A stretch of DNA of 64,000 bases from Candidatus Velthaea sp. (GTDB lineage: Bacteria > Vulcanimicrobiota > Vulcanimicrobiia > Vulcanimicrobiales > Vulcanimicrobiaceae). The notes under the pieces are model-generated. The model made no database searches and was not told the origin of the DNA. It saw nothing but the letters and a program-made list of their open reading frames with translations. Positions 39,251-48,167 of this stretch are shown piece after piece. The translations under genes were made by a program, and so were the position numbers. Where the stretch lies: the NCBI GenBank assembly GCA_965214935.1, contig CBDCCS010000014.1, forward strand, positions 32,001-96,000, written 5' to 3'. Positions within the stretch are counted from its first letter, which is position 1, and every line of letters starts with the position of its first letter.

Positions 39251-40750
39251 TTACCGGGGCGTACGGTGCCAGCGCAGGTCGGGCTGCCGGGCGGCACGCG
39301 TCTCGTCGATTCGTGCCACGGCCGTGTTGACCGGCGCATCGAGAACGGCTTGCGGATCGCTCTTGGCCGTCGCGATGACCTCCCGGAACGATGCGATAAA
39401 AGCATCGAGCGTTTCCTTCGATTCCGTCTCGGTCGGTTCGATCATCAGACATTCCGGAACGAGCAGCGGGAAATACACGGTCGGCGCGTGGTAACCGCGA
39501 TCGAGCAGCGCCTTGCCGATATCGAGCGCCCGTACGCCGGTTTCGCGTTTGAGGGCTTGTGCCGAAGCAACGAACTCATGCCGGCAGTATTCGTGGTACG
39601 GCGTATCGATGATGTCGTCGATTGAAGCTCGAATATAGTTTGCATTGAGCACCGCCAACTTCGAGACGAGCGTCAAGCCCTCGAAACCATTGGCATACAC
39701 GTACGCCAGCGCGCGTACCATATGCGCGAAATTCGACCAGAACGAACGCATCGACCCGATCGACTGCGGCCGCTCGAACTCAAGCCGGAAGGTTTTGTCG
39801 GCGGACGGCTCCCAACCGTCGGGTCCGCTTGATTCGTTGCATGTAACGACCGGTGTCGGCAAAAACGGCACAAGATGCGCGGCAACTCCGACCGGACCGG
39901 CTCCGGCGCCACCGCCTCCGTGCGGAATCGAAAACGTCTTATGCAGATTGAGGTGCATCAAATCAAAGCCCATGTCGCCCGGGCGTGAGTTGCCCATGAG
40001 CGCATTGGCGTTGGCACCGTCGTAATACATCAAACCGCCGGCGGCATGCACCGCATCGGCGATGTCCTTGATTTGGTCTTCAAACAAGCCGAGCGTATTT
40101 GGATTGGTCATCATGCAGACCGCGGTGTCCGGTCCGATCGCAGCTTTAATTTCGTCGATTGAGACGCGTCCGCGCGTATCGGATTTGAGCGAAACGACCT
40201 TGTAGCCGACCATCGCTGCAGACGCCGGATTCGTACCGTGCGCGGTATCCGGGACGATGACCGTGCGTCGTACCGCAGCTTGCCCGGTCTGCTTGAAATA
40301 CGCTTTCGCAACGAGCAGAGCGGTAAGTTCAGCGTGCGCGCCGGCGGCCGGATTCAACGAAAAGGCGGCCATGCCGAAGAGCGATGCAAGGCTGCGCTCG
40401 AGCTCCCACATGATTGCAAGTGCGCCTTGCGCGGTCTCGTCGGGCGCGAATGGATGCAAGCCGCGCAACGCCGGCAGATTTGCCATCGCATCGTTGATCC
40501 GCGGATTGTATTTCATGGTGCACGAGCCCAGCGGGTAAAAGCCGACGTCGATGGCAAACGTCTTTTGCGACAGCCGGGTAAAGTGCCGGTTCACATCGAG
40601 TTCGGTATTGTCCGGCAACGGCAGTTCGGCGCGCAGAACGCCCGGCGGCAAGAACTCGTCGAGCGCCGGCGCGGGCGGGAGATAGCGGTTGGCACGGCCT
40701 GCTTGGCCGAGCTCAAAAATGAGCGGCGTATCAAACGCGACTTGTTGCAT
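39251..40750 (-). CDS. gcvPB: Glycine dehydrogenase subunit 2
   Basis: YPLGSCTMKYNP, AHGTNPASA, HLNLHKTFSIPHGGGG; start ATG 40750. Confidence 0.95.
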   Translation of the reverse strand: MQQVAFDTPLIFELGQAGRANRYLPPAPALDEFLPPGVLRAELPLPDNTELDVNRHFTRLSQKTFAIDVGFYPLGSCTMKYNPRINDAMANLPALRGLHPFAPDETAQGALAIMWELERSLASLFGMAAFSLNPAAGAHAELTALLVAKAYFKQTGQAAVRRTVIVPDTAHGTNPASAAMVGYKVVSLKSDTRGRVSIDEIKAAIGPDTAVCMMTNPNTLGLFEDQIKDIADAVHAAGGLMYYDGANANALMGNSRPGDMGFDLMHLNLHKTFSIPHGGGGAGAGPVGVAAHLVPFLPTPVVTCNESSGPDGWEPSADKTFRLEFERPQSIGSMRSFWSNFAHMVRALAYVYANGFEGLTLVSKLAVLNANYIRASIDDIIDTPYHEYCRHEFVASAQALKRETGVRALDIGKALLDRGYHAPTVYFPLLVPECLMIEPTETESKETLDAFIASFREVIATAKSDPQAVLDAPVNTAVARIDETRAARQPDLRWHRTPR

Positions 40751-42095
40751 GCAACGGCACCTCCGCAAGCGCGCCAACGAGAGCATCGATTTCAGCCGGC
40801 GTCGTCAATTCCGTCGCCGTCATCAAAATGCAGTCGGCGAGTTCAGGATAGAATGCGCCGAGGTCCAAGCCGCCCAAGATCCGGCGCTCGCGTAACGCTG
40901 CAAGCACCGCCCGCGCGGTGCCGGGAACGCGAAGCACGAACTCGTTAAAAACGGGCGCCGCAAAACGCGCCGAACAACCGGCGATGCGCGTCGCCTTGGC
41001 CTGCAGTTCGCGGGTGCGGGCAAGATTGTGCGCGGCGCAATCACGCAAGCCGGTCTTGCCCATCGCCGCTAAGTAAATGGTCGCACATAGCGCGCAGTGC
41101 GCTTGATTCGTGCAAATGTTCGAGGTGGCTTTTTCACGCCGAATGTGCTGCTCGCGGGCTTGCAGCGTGAGCGTATACGCAGGAGCGCCGTTTTTATCGA
41201 CGGTGCGTCCGACGAGCCGGCCGGGAATGCGCCGCAATTGCTCGGTCGTCGTTGCAATGAAACCAACGTGCGGACCGCCGTATGCGATGGCGACACCGAA
41301 CGATTGACCTTCACCGACGGCAATGTCGGCGCCCCAGGTACCCGGCGGCGTCAGCGCGGCAAGCGACAGTGCTTCGGCAACGACGCCGATGACGAGCGTA
41401 CCGGTCGCTTTAATCGCGCGCACGGCCGCGCTCGGCAACGCATCGATCGCTCCGAAAAAATTCGGCGATTGCACGACGACGGCGGCATAACGCTGCTCGG
41501 CCAAAAGTGCCTCGATGTTCTCCACGTCGGTCAAGCCGTTTGCGGCGTACGGCAGTTCATCGATGTCGAGGTCGAGCCCGTCGGCGTACGTTCGCAAAAC
41601 GGTTCGGTAATTGGGGTGCAGCGCCGCGGAAACCAGCAACGCTTTGCGGCCTGTTGCATTGACGGCCATGATCGCGCCTTCGGCCAGCGCCGTGGCGCCG
41701 TCGTAGACCGACGCGTTGGCGACGTCCAGACCCGTCAACAGCGCGATATACGTTTGCCACTCGTAAATCGCTTGCAGGTAGCCCTGCGATACCTCGGCTT
41801 GATACGGCGTGTAAGCGGTCAGGAATTCGCCGCGCATCGCTAGCGCGCCGACGATCGGCGGCGTGTAATGACGGTAAGCGCCGGCACCGAGAAACGAGCT
41901 ATAGGTTCCGGCCGTCGTGCGTTGCGTAAAGCGATCGAACGCCGTGGCAATCTCTGATTCGGCAAGCGCCGGCGGCAGCGAGACGGGTCCGCGCAAAGCA
42001 ACGTCGGGCGGAACAGCGACGAGTTCGTCGAGTGAATCCGCGCCGATGACCTCGAGCATCGCTGCGATATCGGCGGACGTATGCGGTGTGTAGAT
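40731..42095 (-). CDS. gcvPA: Glycine dehydrogenase subunit 1 (probable ATC start at 42095)
   Basis: FLGAG, YTPYQAEVSQG, NASVYDGA, REQHIRREKATSNICTN; conserved YTPHT N-terminus lies upstream of the first ATG. Confidence 0.95.
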   Translation of the reverse strand: MYTPHTSADIAAMLEVIGADSLDELVAVPPDVALRGPVSLPPALAESEIATAFDRFTQRTTAGTYSSFLGAGAYRHYTPPIVGALAMRGEFLTAYTPYQAEVSQGYLQAIYEWQTYIALLTGLDVANASVYDGATALAEGAIMAVNATGRKALLVSAALHPNYRTVLRTYADGLDLDIDELPYAANGLTDVENIEALLAEQRYAAVVVQSPNFFGAIDALPSAAVRAIKATGTLVIGVVAEALSLAALTPPGTWGADIAVGEGQSFGVAIAYGGPHVGFIATTTEQLRRIPGRLVGRTVDKNGAPAYTLTLQAREQHIRREKATSNICTNQAHCALCATIYLAAMGKTGLRDCAAHNLARTRELQAKATRIAGCSARFAAPVFNEFVLRVPGTARAVLAALRERRILGGLDLGAFYPELADCILMTATELTTPAEIDALVGALAEVPLHATSRV

Positions 42096-42196
42096 GAGTT
42101 CAACTCCCGGCGGTGCGGACGTCTGCGGCGCGGGGCAGCAGCATGCAGATCGTACCGGCGTATTAGACCGCGAAGCGCGGTCGCCCGTTTTTGCGC

Positions 42197-42577
42197 TTAC
42201 TCTTCGGTCAGCGCGTCGTACGTCTCGGGCGATAACAGATTCGCCGTCTCCGCTTGATCGGCAATCTTGACCCGGAAAAGCCAGCCTTCGGCGAACGGCT
42301 CGCGATTGAGCAGCGCGGGATCGCCCTCGAGCGCTTTATTGACTTCGAGTACTTCGCCGCCGACGGGCGTATACAGATCGGAGACCGCCTTCACGGATTC
42401 GACCACGCCGATATTGCCGAACTGCTGCAAGGTCGCGCCGACGCGCGGGAGTTCAACGTAGACGATATCGCCTAGCGAATGTTGCGCGTAGTCGGTGATG
42501 CCGACCGTCGCGGTATCACCGTCAAGCTTCACCCACTCGTGTTCTTTGCTATATAACAATCCGGCCGGCTGGGACAC
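42197..42577 (-). CDS. gcvH: Glycine cleavage H protein
   Basis: YSKEHEW, GITDYAQ, VESVKAVS lipoyl-Lys; GTG start behind AAAGGAG. Confidence 0.95.
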   Translation of the reverse strand: MSQPAGLLYSKEHEWVKLDGDTATVGITDYAQHSLGDIVYVELPRVGATLQQFGNIGVVESVKAVSDLYTPVGGEVLEVNKALEGDPALLNREPFAEGWLFRVKIADQAETANLLSPETYDALTEE

Positions 42578-42693
42578 GCGATACTCCTTTAAATGACGGC
42601 ACACGAGAAGCTGACGGCACAAACCATGCCGGCGCGACGACGTCGAGGACCTCCGTTTGGACGCCGGCGGCCCAGCGACGGTTGCGCTCGAGC

Positions 42694-43791
42694 TCAACGC
42701 ACGCGCTTGTAAAACGGCAGTGCGACGACCTGCGCGCCCTGCCGGCTGCCGCGGATCTCGACGTCGAGCCGCGTTCCGATCAACGCGTGCCGGTGGCCGA
42801 GCAGAGCGGTCGCGATGTTCTGGTTGCCGACCGACGGTGCAATGGATCCGCTACGAATTTCGCCTGCGCGCGTATCGCCGGCGTAGACGGCGTAGCCGCT
42901 GCGCGCCGGGACCTTCCCGTCCAAAACCAAGCCGGCGATGCGGTCGAAGGTGCCGGCGGCCAGCTGCGCTTCAAGCGCCGCTTTACCGCGAAAGATCGGC
43001 TTCGCGAGCTTAACGGCCCAGCCGAGCCCGGCTTGAAGCGGGCCGATGTCTTCGGTCATTTCGTGACCGTAAAGCGGCATGCCGGCTTCGAGCCGCAGAA
43101 CGTCGCGCGCGCCCAGACCGGCCGGCTGCAAACCGCCTTCGCGGCCCGCGGCGAGCAGCGCGTCCCAGATATCGGTTGCAATGTCCGAATCGCAAAATAT
43201 CTCGAAACCGTCTTCACCCGTATAACCGGTGCGCGCAATGATGATCTCGTCGCCGCGGATGTCCGTCACGACACACGAGTAATACTTCATGGCGCTAAGG
43301 TCGGCAGCGACAAAGCCGCTTAACATGTCGATCGATCGTGGGCCTTGGATCGCGATGAGCGCATGGCTGCCGTGCCGGTCGCGCACCGCGACATCGGGGC
43401 CGGCCGCCTTGACGATCGGCCACATTTTCGCGGCATTCGCGGCGTTGACGACGAGCAGCCAGCGTTCGTCCGTTAAGCGGTAGAAGATGACGTCGTCGTG
43501 CGCGCCGCCCTGCTCGTTGGTAAAAATGTTATAGCGCGCCTGGCCGGGCTTCATCGTTTCGACGTGATTGACCGTCAACGCGTCGGCCCACGGACCGACG
43601 CCCGGTCCGGCCAACTCGTACTGCGCCATATGCGAGAGATCGAACAATCCGGCGCATTCGCGCACCGCGGCATGTTCGCGCAAAATACTCGTATATTGCA
43701 CGGGCATCTCGAAACCGCCGAACGGTACGAGGCGAGCACCCAGCGCGCGGTGCGCGTCGAAAAGCGCGGTACGGCGCATCTCGTTAAACAT
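42694..43791 (-). CDS. gcvT: Aminomethyltransferase
   Basis: FGGFEMPVQY, FDLSHM, RTGYTGEDGFE, GLGARDVLRLEAG. Confidence 0.96.
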   Translation of the reverse strand: MFNEMRRTALFDAHRALGARLVPFGGFEMPVQYTSILREHAAVRECAGLFDLSHMAQYELAGPGVGPWADALTVNHVETMKPGQARYNIFTNEQGGAHDDVIFYRLTDERWLLVVNAANAAKMWPIVKAAGPDVAVRDRHGSHALIAIQGPRSIDMLSGFVAADLSAMKYYSCVVTDIRGDEIIIARTGYTGEDGFEIFCDSDIATDIWDALLAAGREGGLQPAGLGARDVLRLEAGMPLYGHEMTEDIGPLQAGLGWAVKLAKPIFRGKAALEAQLAAGTFDRIAGLVLDGKVPARSGYAVYAGDTRAGEIRSGSIAPSVGNQNIATALLGHRHALIGTRLDVEIRGSRQGAQVVALPFYKRVR

Positions 43792-43885
43792 AGCGCTGAG
43801 TTCGATGCACCGAGTTTCGCAATCATCCTACTTCGTCGCTCGTGGCGCGCGTGCGATCGCAGCTTACGCTGCGAATACTTCGGCG

Positions 43886-44473
43886 TCACCGAAGATCGGC
43901 CGGGCCGGGGATGCCGTCAAGCGCCAAAATCCATAGTTCAACGGCACGCGCAACGCGTTTGCGTTCTCCCGTCGCGCAGAGATCGAGTAAGAAGCCGCGA
44001 TATCCGCCGAGTAAGACCGTCGCAATCGCGCGCGCGTCGGCCCTGCCGTAACCGCTGCGCAGTGCCGGCGCTTCGAGATACGCCAGCCAGCCGCCGACGG
44101 CTCGTTCGAGAAAGTGCGGAAACCGGGTCCGGTTCTGAAGCGCCAAACCATACGTCTCAAAAAATAAGCGGAAAATCGGCTGATTTTTCGGTGCGCTCAT
44201 CACGGCCCAGGCAGCACTGACCGTCTCGGCATACGAGTCCGCGTTACGCGGCAAGCGATCGAATAGCTCACGCTGGTAACGACCGGCCCGAGCAAGCACT
44301 TCGATGATAAGCGCCTCTTTCGAATTGAAATAGTAGAGCAGCGCCCGCGGACTCAAACCAATCGCGGTCGCCAGCGGACGCAGTTGCAACTCGGTCACGC
44401 CGTTCTCCGCGACATAACTCAGTATCCGTTCGAGCAACTCGGCGCGACGCCGTTCGTCAACCGTTCGTGACAC
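43886..44473 (-). CDS. TetR-family regulator
   Basis: N-terminal HTH LRPLATAIGLSPRALLYYFNSKEAL; GTG start 44473. Confidence 0.88.
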   Translation of the reverse strand: MSRTVDERRRAELLERILSYVAENGVTELQLRPLATAIGLSPRALLYYFNSKEALIIEVLARAGRYQRELFDRLPRNADSYAETVSAAWAVMSAPKNQPIFRLFFETYGLALQNRTRFPHFLERAVGGWLAYLEAPALRSGYGRADARAIATVLLGGYRGFLLDLCATGERKRVARAVELWILALDGIPGPADLR

Positions 44474-44478
44474 GACGG

Positions 44479-44522
44479 CAGCATAGCATACTTGAAACCG
44501 CTGTTTCAATTATGCTATGCTG
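44479..44522. promoter_or_regulatory. 44-bp inverted repeat: symmetric divergent promoters plus probable TetR operator
   Basis: CAGCATAGCATACTTGAAAC-CGCT-GTTTCAATTATGCTATGCTG; 20-bp arms with one mismatch; TTGAAA-18-TATGCT on both strands. Confidence 0.8.
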
Positions 44523-44580
44523 TTCGAATCGAGACATGCGAGCCGCATGCGCGGCTGAGTGCTGCAAAGGATCGTTACCG

Positions 44581-45435
44581 ATGGATGCGACGAAATCACA
44601 TGCCGACTCGATCTCTCTGGAACTGCGCTATGATGACGCCGGCGCCGCCATCGCGTTTCTCACCCGAGCGTTCGGCTTTGCGTTGCACGGCGTCGAGCGG
44701 ACTGCCGGCGATCGCATCGCTCGCGCTATCTTGCGCGCCGGTAACGGCTCGCTTCTCGTCGGCAGCACGGATGCCGGCGAGGCCGAGTTTCGTTCACCGC
44801 ACGCGTTGGACGGCGTAAGCACCGGCAGCGTGTACGTCGCGATGCCCGACATCGATGCATTGCATGCACGGGCCGCAGCTGCAGGCGCGCACATCATTCA
44901 CGCACCGGCCGATACCGATTACGGATCGCGAGATTGCACGGCTGTCGATCCCGAAGGCTTTCTGTGGTATTTCGGGACCTACCACCCGACGGCCGACGGC
45001 GGTCATGCAGTTAACTCGAACATATTCGCCGGATTGCGCTATGCCGATGCCCGAGCGGCAATGGCATGGCTCGGACGAGCGTTCGGCTTCGAGCAGCAAT
45101 TCGTCGTGCCGGGTGACGGCGACGATATCGCGCACGCACAACTGCGCTTGGGCGACAGCTTACTGATGTTGGGCAGCGCGCGAGACGACGAATACAATCT
45201 GAAAACACCGCGCGACATGCACGGCGCGTTCACGCACAAACTTCACGTGTACGTTACCGATCCGGACGCGCACTGCGCGCACGCTCGAAGCGCCGATGCC
45301 GATATCATGCTCGAACCGACCGGCACGGCGGACGGCGCGCGTGGCTACACCGTTCGCGACCCCGAAGGCTACGTCTGGACGTTCAGCACTTTTCACCCGG
45401 CGTTCGCGGCCCGCGTCCCAACGTTCGAACGTTGA
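44581..45435 (+). CDS. Tandem VOC/glyoxalase domain protein
   Basis: Two repeats of LRYxDAxAAxxxLxRAFGF...DPEGxxWxFxTxHP. Confidence 0.88.
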   Translation: MDATKSHADSISLELRYDDAGAAIAFLTRAFGFALHGVERTAGDRIARAILRAGNGSLLVGSTDAGEAEFRSPHALDGVSTGSVYVAMPDIDALHARAAAAGAHIIHAPADTDYGSRDCTAVDPEGFLWYFGTYHPTADGGHAVNSNIFAGLRYADARAAMAWLGRAFGFEQQFVVPGDGDDIAHAQLRLGDSLLMLGSARDDEYNLKTPRDMHGAFTHKLHVYVTDPDAHCAHARSADADIMLEPTGTADGARGYTVRDPEGYVWTFSTFHPAFAARVPTFER

Positions 45436-45461
45436 TGCGGCTGCCCGTTAGCGCGGTTTGT

Positions 45462-46352
45462 CTAAGCAAACACGTCGCCGGACTTCGCCAATTCACGGCG
45501 CAGGTACAACGGCAGACTGAAAATGCGCCGATGCGTTTGGGCGTCGTAAAAGTAATTTTCGCCGCGCAACGCACCGACGTAGTCGTCGATCCGCCGGGTG
45601 TCGAGCGCCGCGACGTCCGTTGCATTGCTGCAGGCGATAAACGCCCAATCGTTGTCGAACGCCGGAACGTGCGTGTAAAAACTCACCACATGCGTAAAAA
45701 ACGCGCGCAGCGAACGCGCCATCTTCGCGTGTAGCGCCATGTTATGAAAACCGGCCGTGCTGGCTTGAAGCACATAGACTCCGCCGGGCGCCAGCCGAGC
45801 AGAGATGTCGCGAAACACTCGGCCGTTAAAAAGCGGAAACGATGGTGAATCCGCCAGCGGCTCGGTTAAGTCGGAAATGATCGAACCGTAGGTGGCGCGA
45901 TCATCGCGTAAAAACGCGAGTGCGTCGCCGATGATGAGTCGCGCGCGCGGATCGGCGAACGCTCCGTCCGACCACTCGGCTAAATAGTGCTTCGAGAGTT
46001 CGACGACGTCGCCGTCGATATCGACCATCGTGCAGCGCCGCACGTCCGGGTGGCGCAAAACCTCTCGCAGCGTCGCACCTTCGCCGCCGCCCAAAATAAG
46101 AATCTCCGAGCGATCGTCGATTGCCGCGAGCGCCGGATGAACGAGCGACTCGTGATAAATTTTCTCATCGTGCTGGGAACTCTGCGTGTCGCCGTCGAGC
46201 ACGAGCATTTTGCCGAAAACCGGCGTACGCAAAACCGCGACGTCCTGGTATGCCGTTCGGCCGGAATAGTAAACTTCATCGATGGCATGATGGTGAAATT
46301 CGGTCGGCGAGAACTCTTCGACGTACCATTGATAATGTTCGGTTTTCGGCAT
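45462..46352 (-). CDS. speE: Spermidine synthase
   Basis: FGKMLVLDG, YHESLVHP, ILGGGEGATLRE, VDID, SDLTEP. Confidence 0.93.
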   Translation of the reverse strand: MPKTEHYQWYVEEFSPTEFHHHAIDEVYYSGRTAYQDVAVLRTPVFGKMLVLDGDTQSSQHDEKIYHESLVHPALAAIDDRSEILILGGGEGATLREVLRHPDVRRCTMVDIDGDVVELSKHYLAEWSDGAFADPRARLIIGDALAFLRDDRATYGSIISDLTEPLADSPSFPLFNGRVFRDISARLAPGGVYVLQASTAGFHNMALHAKMARSLRAFFTHVVSFYTHVPAFDNDWAFIACSNATDVAALDTRRIDDYVGALRGENYFYDAQTHRRIFSLPLYLRRELAKSGDVFA

Positions 46353-46420
46353 TCGCCACTCCTAAAACGCAGAAACAGTTCGCACTCCGGCCGAGCCGAC
46401 CGCGCGCGGCCGGACGTGCC

Positions 46421-46446
46421 GACGGCCGGCATCGCTGCCGGCCGTC
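46421..46446. other. Perfect 11-bp hairpin between speD and speE
   Basis: GACGGCCGGCA-TCGC-TGCCGGCCGTC. Confidence 0.6.
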
Positions 46447-46473
46447 ATTGAACGCACGCGTAAACGCGCTACG

Positions 46474-46893
46474 TTAGGCGGTCTTCCGAGCGAACGACTT
46501 TTCTTCATGGTCGGTCGTGACGACATGCGTAAACTCGCCCTTGCGCGATTCGATGCCGCGTTTGACTTCGGTCGTCAACATGCTTTGGGCACCGAGCGCT
46601 TCGGCCGCAAACTCACACGCCGCCCAGGGATTCGTGTGATCGCCGCACGTGTAAAAATCCATCGCGGCGTAGCCCGTTTCGGGCCAAGTGTGAATCGACA
46701 AATGCGATTCCTGGATCACGACGACGCCTGAGACGCCGTGGGGCTGGAACCGGTGAAACGCCGTTTCCACGATTGTCGCGTTAGCTTCTTTGGCGGCACC
46801 GACCATCATGAGTTCGACGGCGGCAACGTCGGTAAGTGACCGTGGGTCACAGCCGGACAGCTCGCAAACAATGTGCGTTCCGAGTGCTTTCAA
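46474..46893 (-). CDS. speD: S-adenosylmethionine decarboxylase proenzyme
   Basis: GTH, F.PHGVSGV, ESH self-cleavage site, HTWPE, D.YTCG; TTG start behind AAGGAG. Confidence 0.95.
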   Translation of the reverse strand: MKALGTHIVCELSGCDPRSLTDVAAVELMMVGAAKEANATIVETAFHRFQPHGVSGVVVIQESHLSIHTWPETGYAAMDFYTCGDHTNPWAACEFAAEALGAQSMLTTEVKRGIESRKGEFTHVVTTDHEEKSFARKTA

Positions 46894-47120
46894 TTTTAGA
46901 CTCCTTGGGCTTGGCTGGGAAAATCCCACCTCCAGGCGCGTCATCAACCGCGTGCGGTACACCGTCTCGGCCGTGACCTATCGGCGAACTCTTGTTGACG
47001 TGTCCTTTTAACACGCGAACGTTTCACCGCGATGGCGCGTAGGGCGCGCCGTCCCCCAACTGCGGACAACCTAACAGACCCCGGCTCATACAACCCGGGT
47101 CTGTCTCGAGTCCGTCTCCG

Positions 47121-47150
47121 ATCATACCCCCCCCGGCACCCCCCTGTAAA
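47121..47150 (-). promoter_or_regulatory. Sigma70-type promoter of speDE
   Basis: Minus strand TTTACA-18 bp G-rich spacer-TATGAT. Confidence 0.65.
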
Positions 47151-47275
47151 TGGCTTTGGTCCGGAATCTTCGGCGCGAGCATCCGGCAGCGGCGCTCGGC
47201 AACTATCGTAACCAACTTAGCATCGGTCTGCCGGCTAAGAGGATGCACGGAACTGCGAAGCTCATCGAGTGGCCC

Positions 47276-48034
47276 ATGACAAACGATCGAATTGCCGTCG
47301 TCACCGGCGCTTCATCCGGTATCGGAGCGGAGGTCGCACGCGAACTCAAAGGCCAAGGCTTCACCGTCGTACTTACCGGCCGGCGGCGCGAGCGGGTGGA
47401 CGCGCTCGTAGCCGAACTCGGCGCAGGCAGCGCGCATACCCTCGACGTGCGCGAGCCCGCGGCGATCGCGGCGTTTGCCGCAGCCGTCGGTGAACGGTAT
47501 GGCCGGGTCGACGTTTTGGTGAATAACGCCGGACTCGCCCTCGGACGCCAGACCTTCGATCAAACCATCGACGATGACTGGGTTCAGATGCTCGAAACCA
47601 ACGTGTTGGGCGTCGCGCGCATAACGCGTGCATGCCTGCCCTTGCTTCGCGTGCCGCCGCAGGCGCATATCGTTAACATCGGTTCGATCGCCGGTTTCGA
47701 GGCGTATCTGGGTGGGGGCGGCTACACCGCGAGCAAACATGCGCTACGAGCGATCACGCAGACGTTGCGGCTCGAACTCAACGGCGAACCGATTCGGGTC
47801 ACCGAGATCGCGCCCGGGATGGTCGAAACGGAGTTCTCGCTCGTACGGCATAAGGGCGATTCGGCCAAAGCCGCCGAGACGTACGCCGGGTTGACGCCGC
47901 TGTCGCCGCGCGATATTGCGGATTGCGTCGGCTTTGCGGTGTCGCGACCGCCGCACGTCGACATCGATTATCTCGTCGTTCGACCCATCGCGCAGGCGAC
48001 GTCATATAAAATCGCCCGCAACGCTTCGCCCTAG
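47276..48034 (+). CDS. NADP-dependent SDR (YdfG-like)
   Basis: TGASSGIG, NNAGLALG, YTASK, IAPGMVETEFS. Confidence 0.9.
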   Translation: MTNDRIAVVTGASSGIGAEVARELKGQGFTVVLTGRRRERVDALVAELGAGSAHTLDVREPAAIAAFAAAVGERYGRVDVLVNNAGLALGRQTFDQTIDDDWVQMLETNVLGVARITRACLPLLRVPPQAHIVNIGSIAGFEAYLGGGGYTASKHALRAITQTLRLELNGEPIRVTEIAPGMVETEFSLVRHKGDSAKAAETYAGLTPLSPRDIADCVGFAVSRPPHVDIDYLVVRPIAQATSYKIARNASP

Positions 48035-48128
48035 ACCGGCCGCGGCTACCTTTTTCGAGAAAGCTCGCGACAAGTGAGACCTTCGCAGCGTCTATCGGGT
48101 TAGATAATACAGATAGGTCTGCACTTTC

Positions 48129-48157
48129 TTGACCTGCTGCCTCGCCAACGGTAGCCT
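48129..48157 (+). promoter_or_regulatory. Sigma70-type promoter of sufB
   Basis: TTGACC-17 bp-TAGCCT; the track TTG start at 48129 is the -35 box. Confidence 0.55.
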
Positions 48158-48167
48158 AATGGAGCTT

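Noticed and set aside
43792..43885. Glycine riboswitch upstream of gcvT
   Set aside because: Only a simple hairpin (TCGCAGC-GTAA-GCTGCGA on the minus strand); no GGAGA/CCGAAG/CTCTCAGG core and too little space
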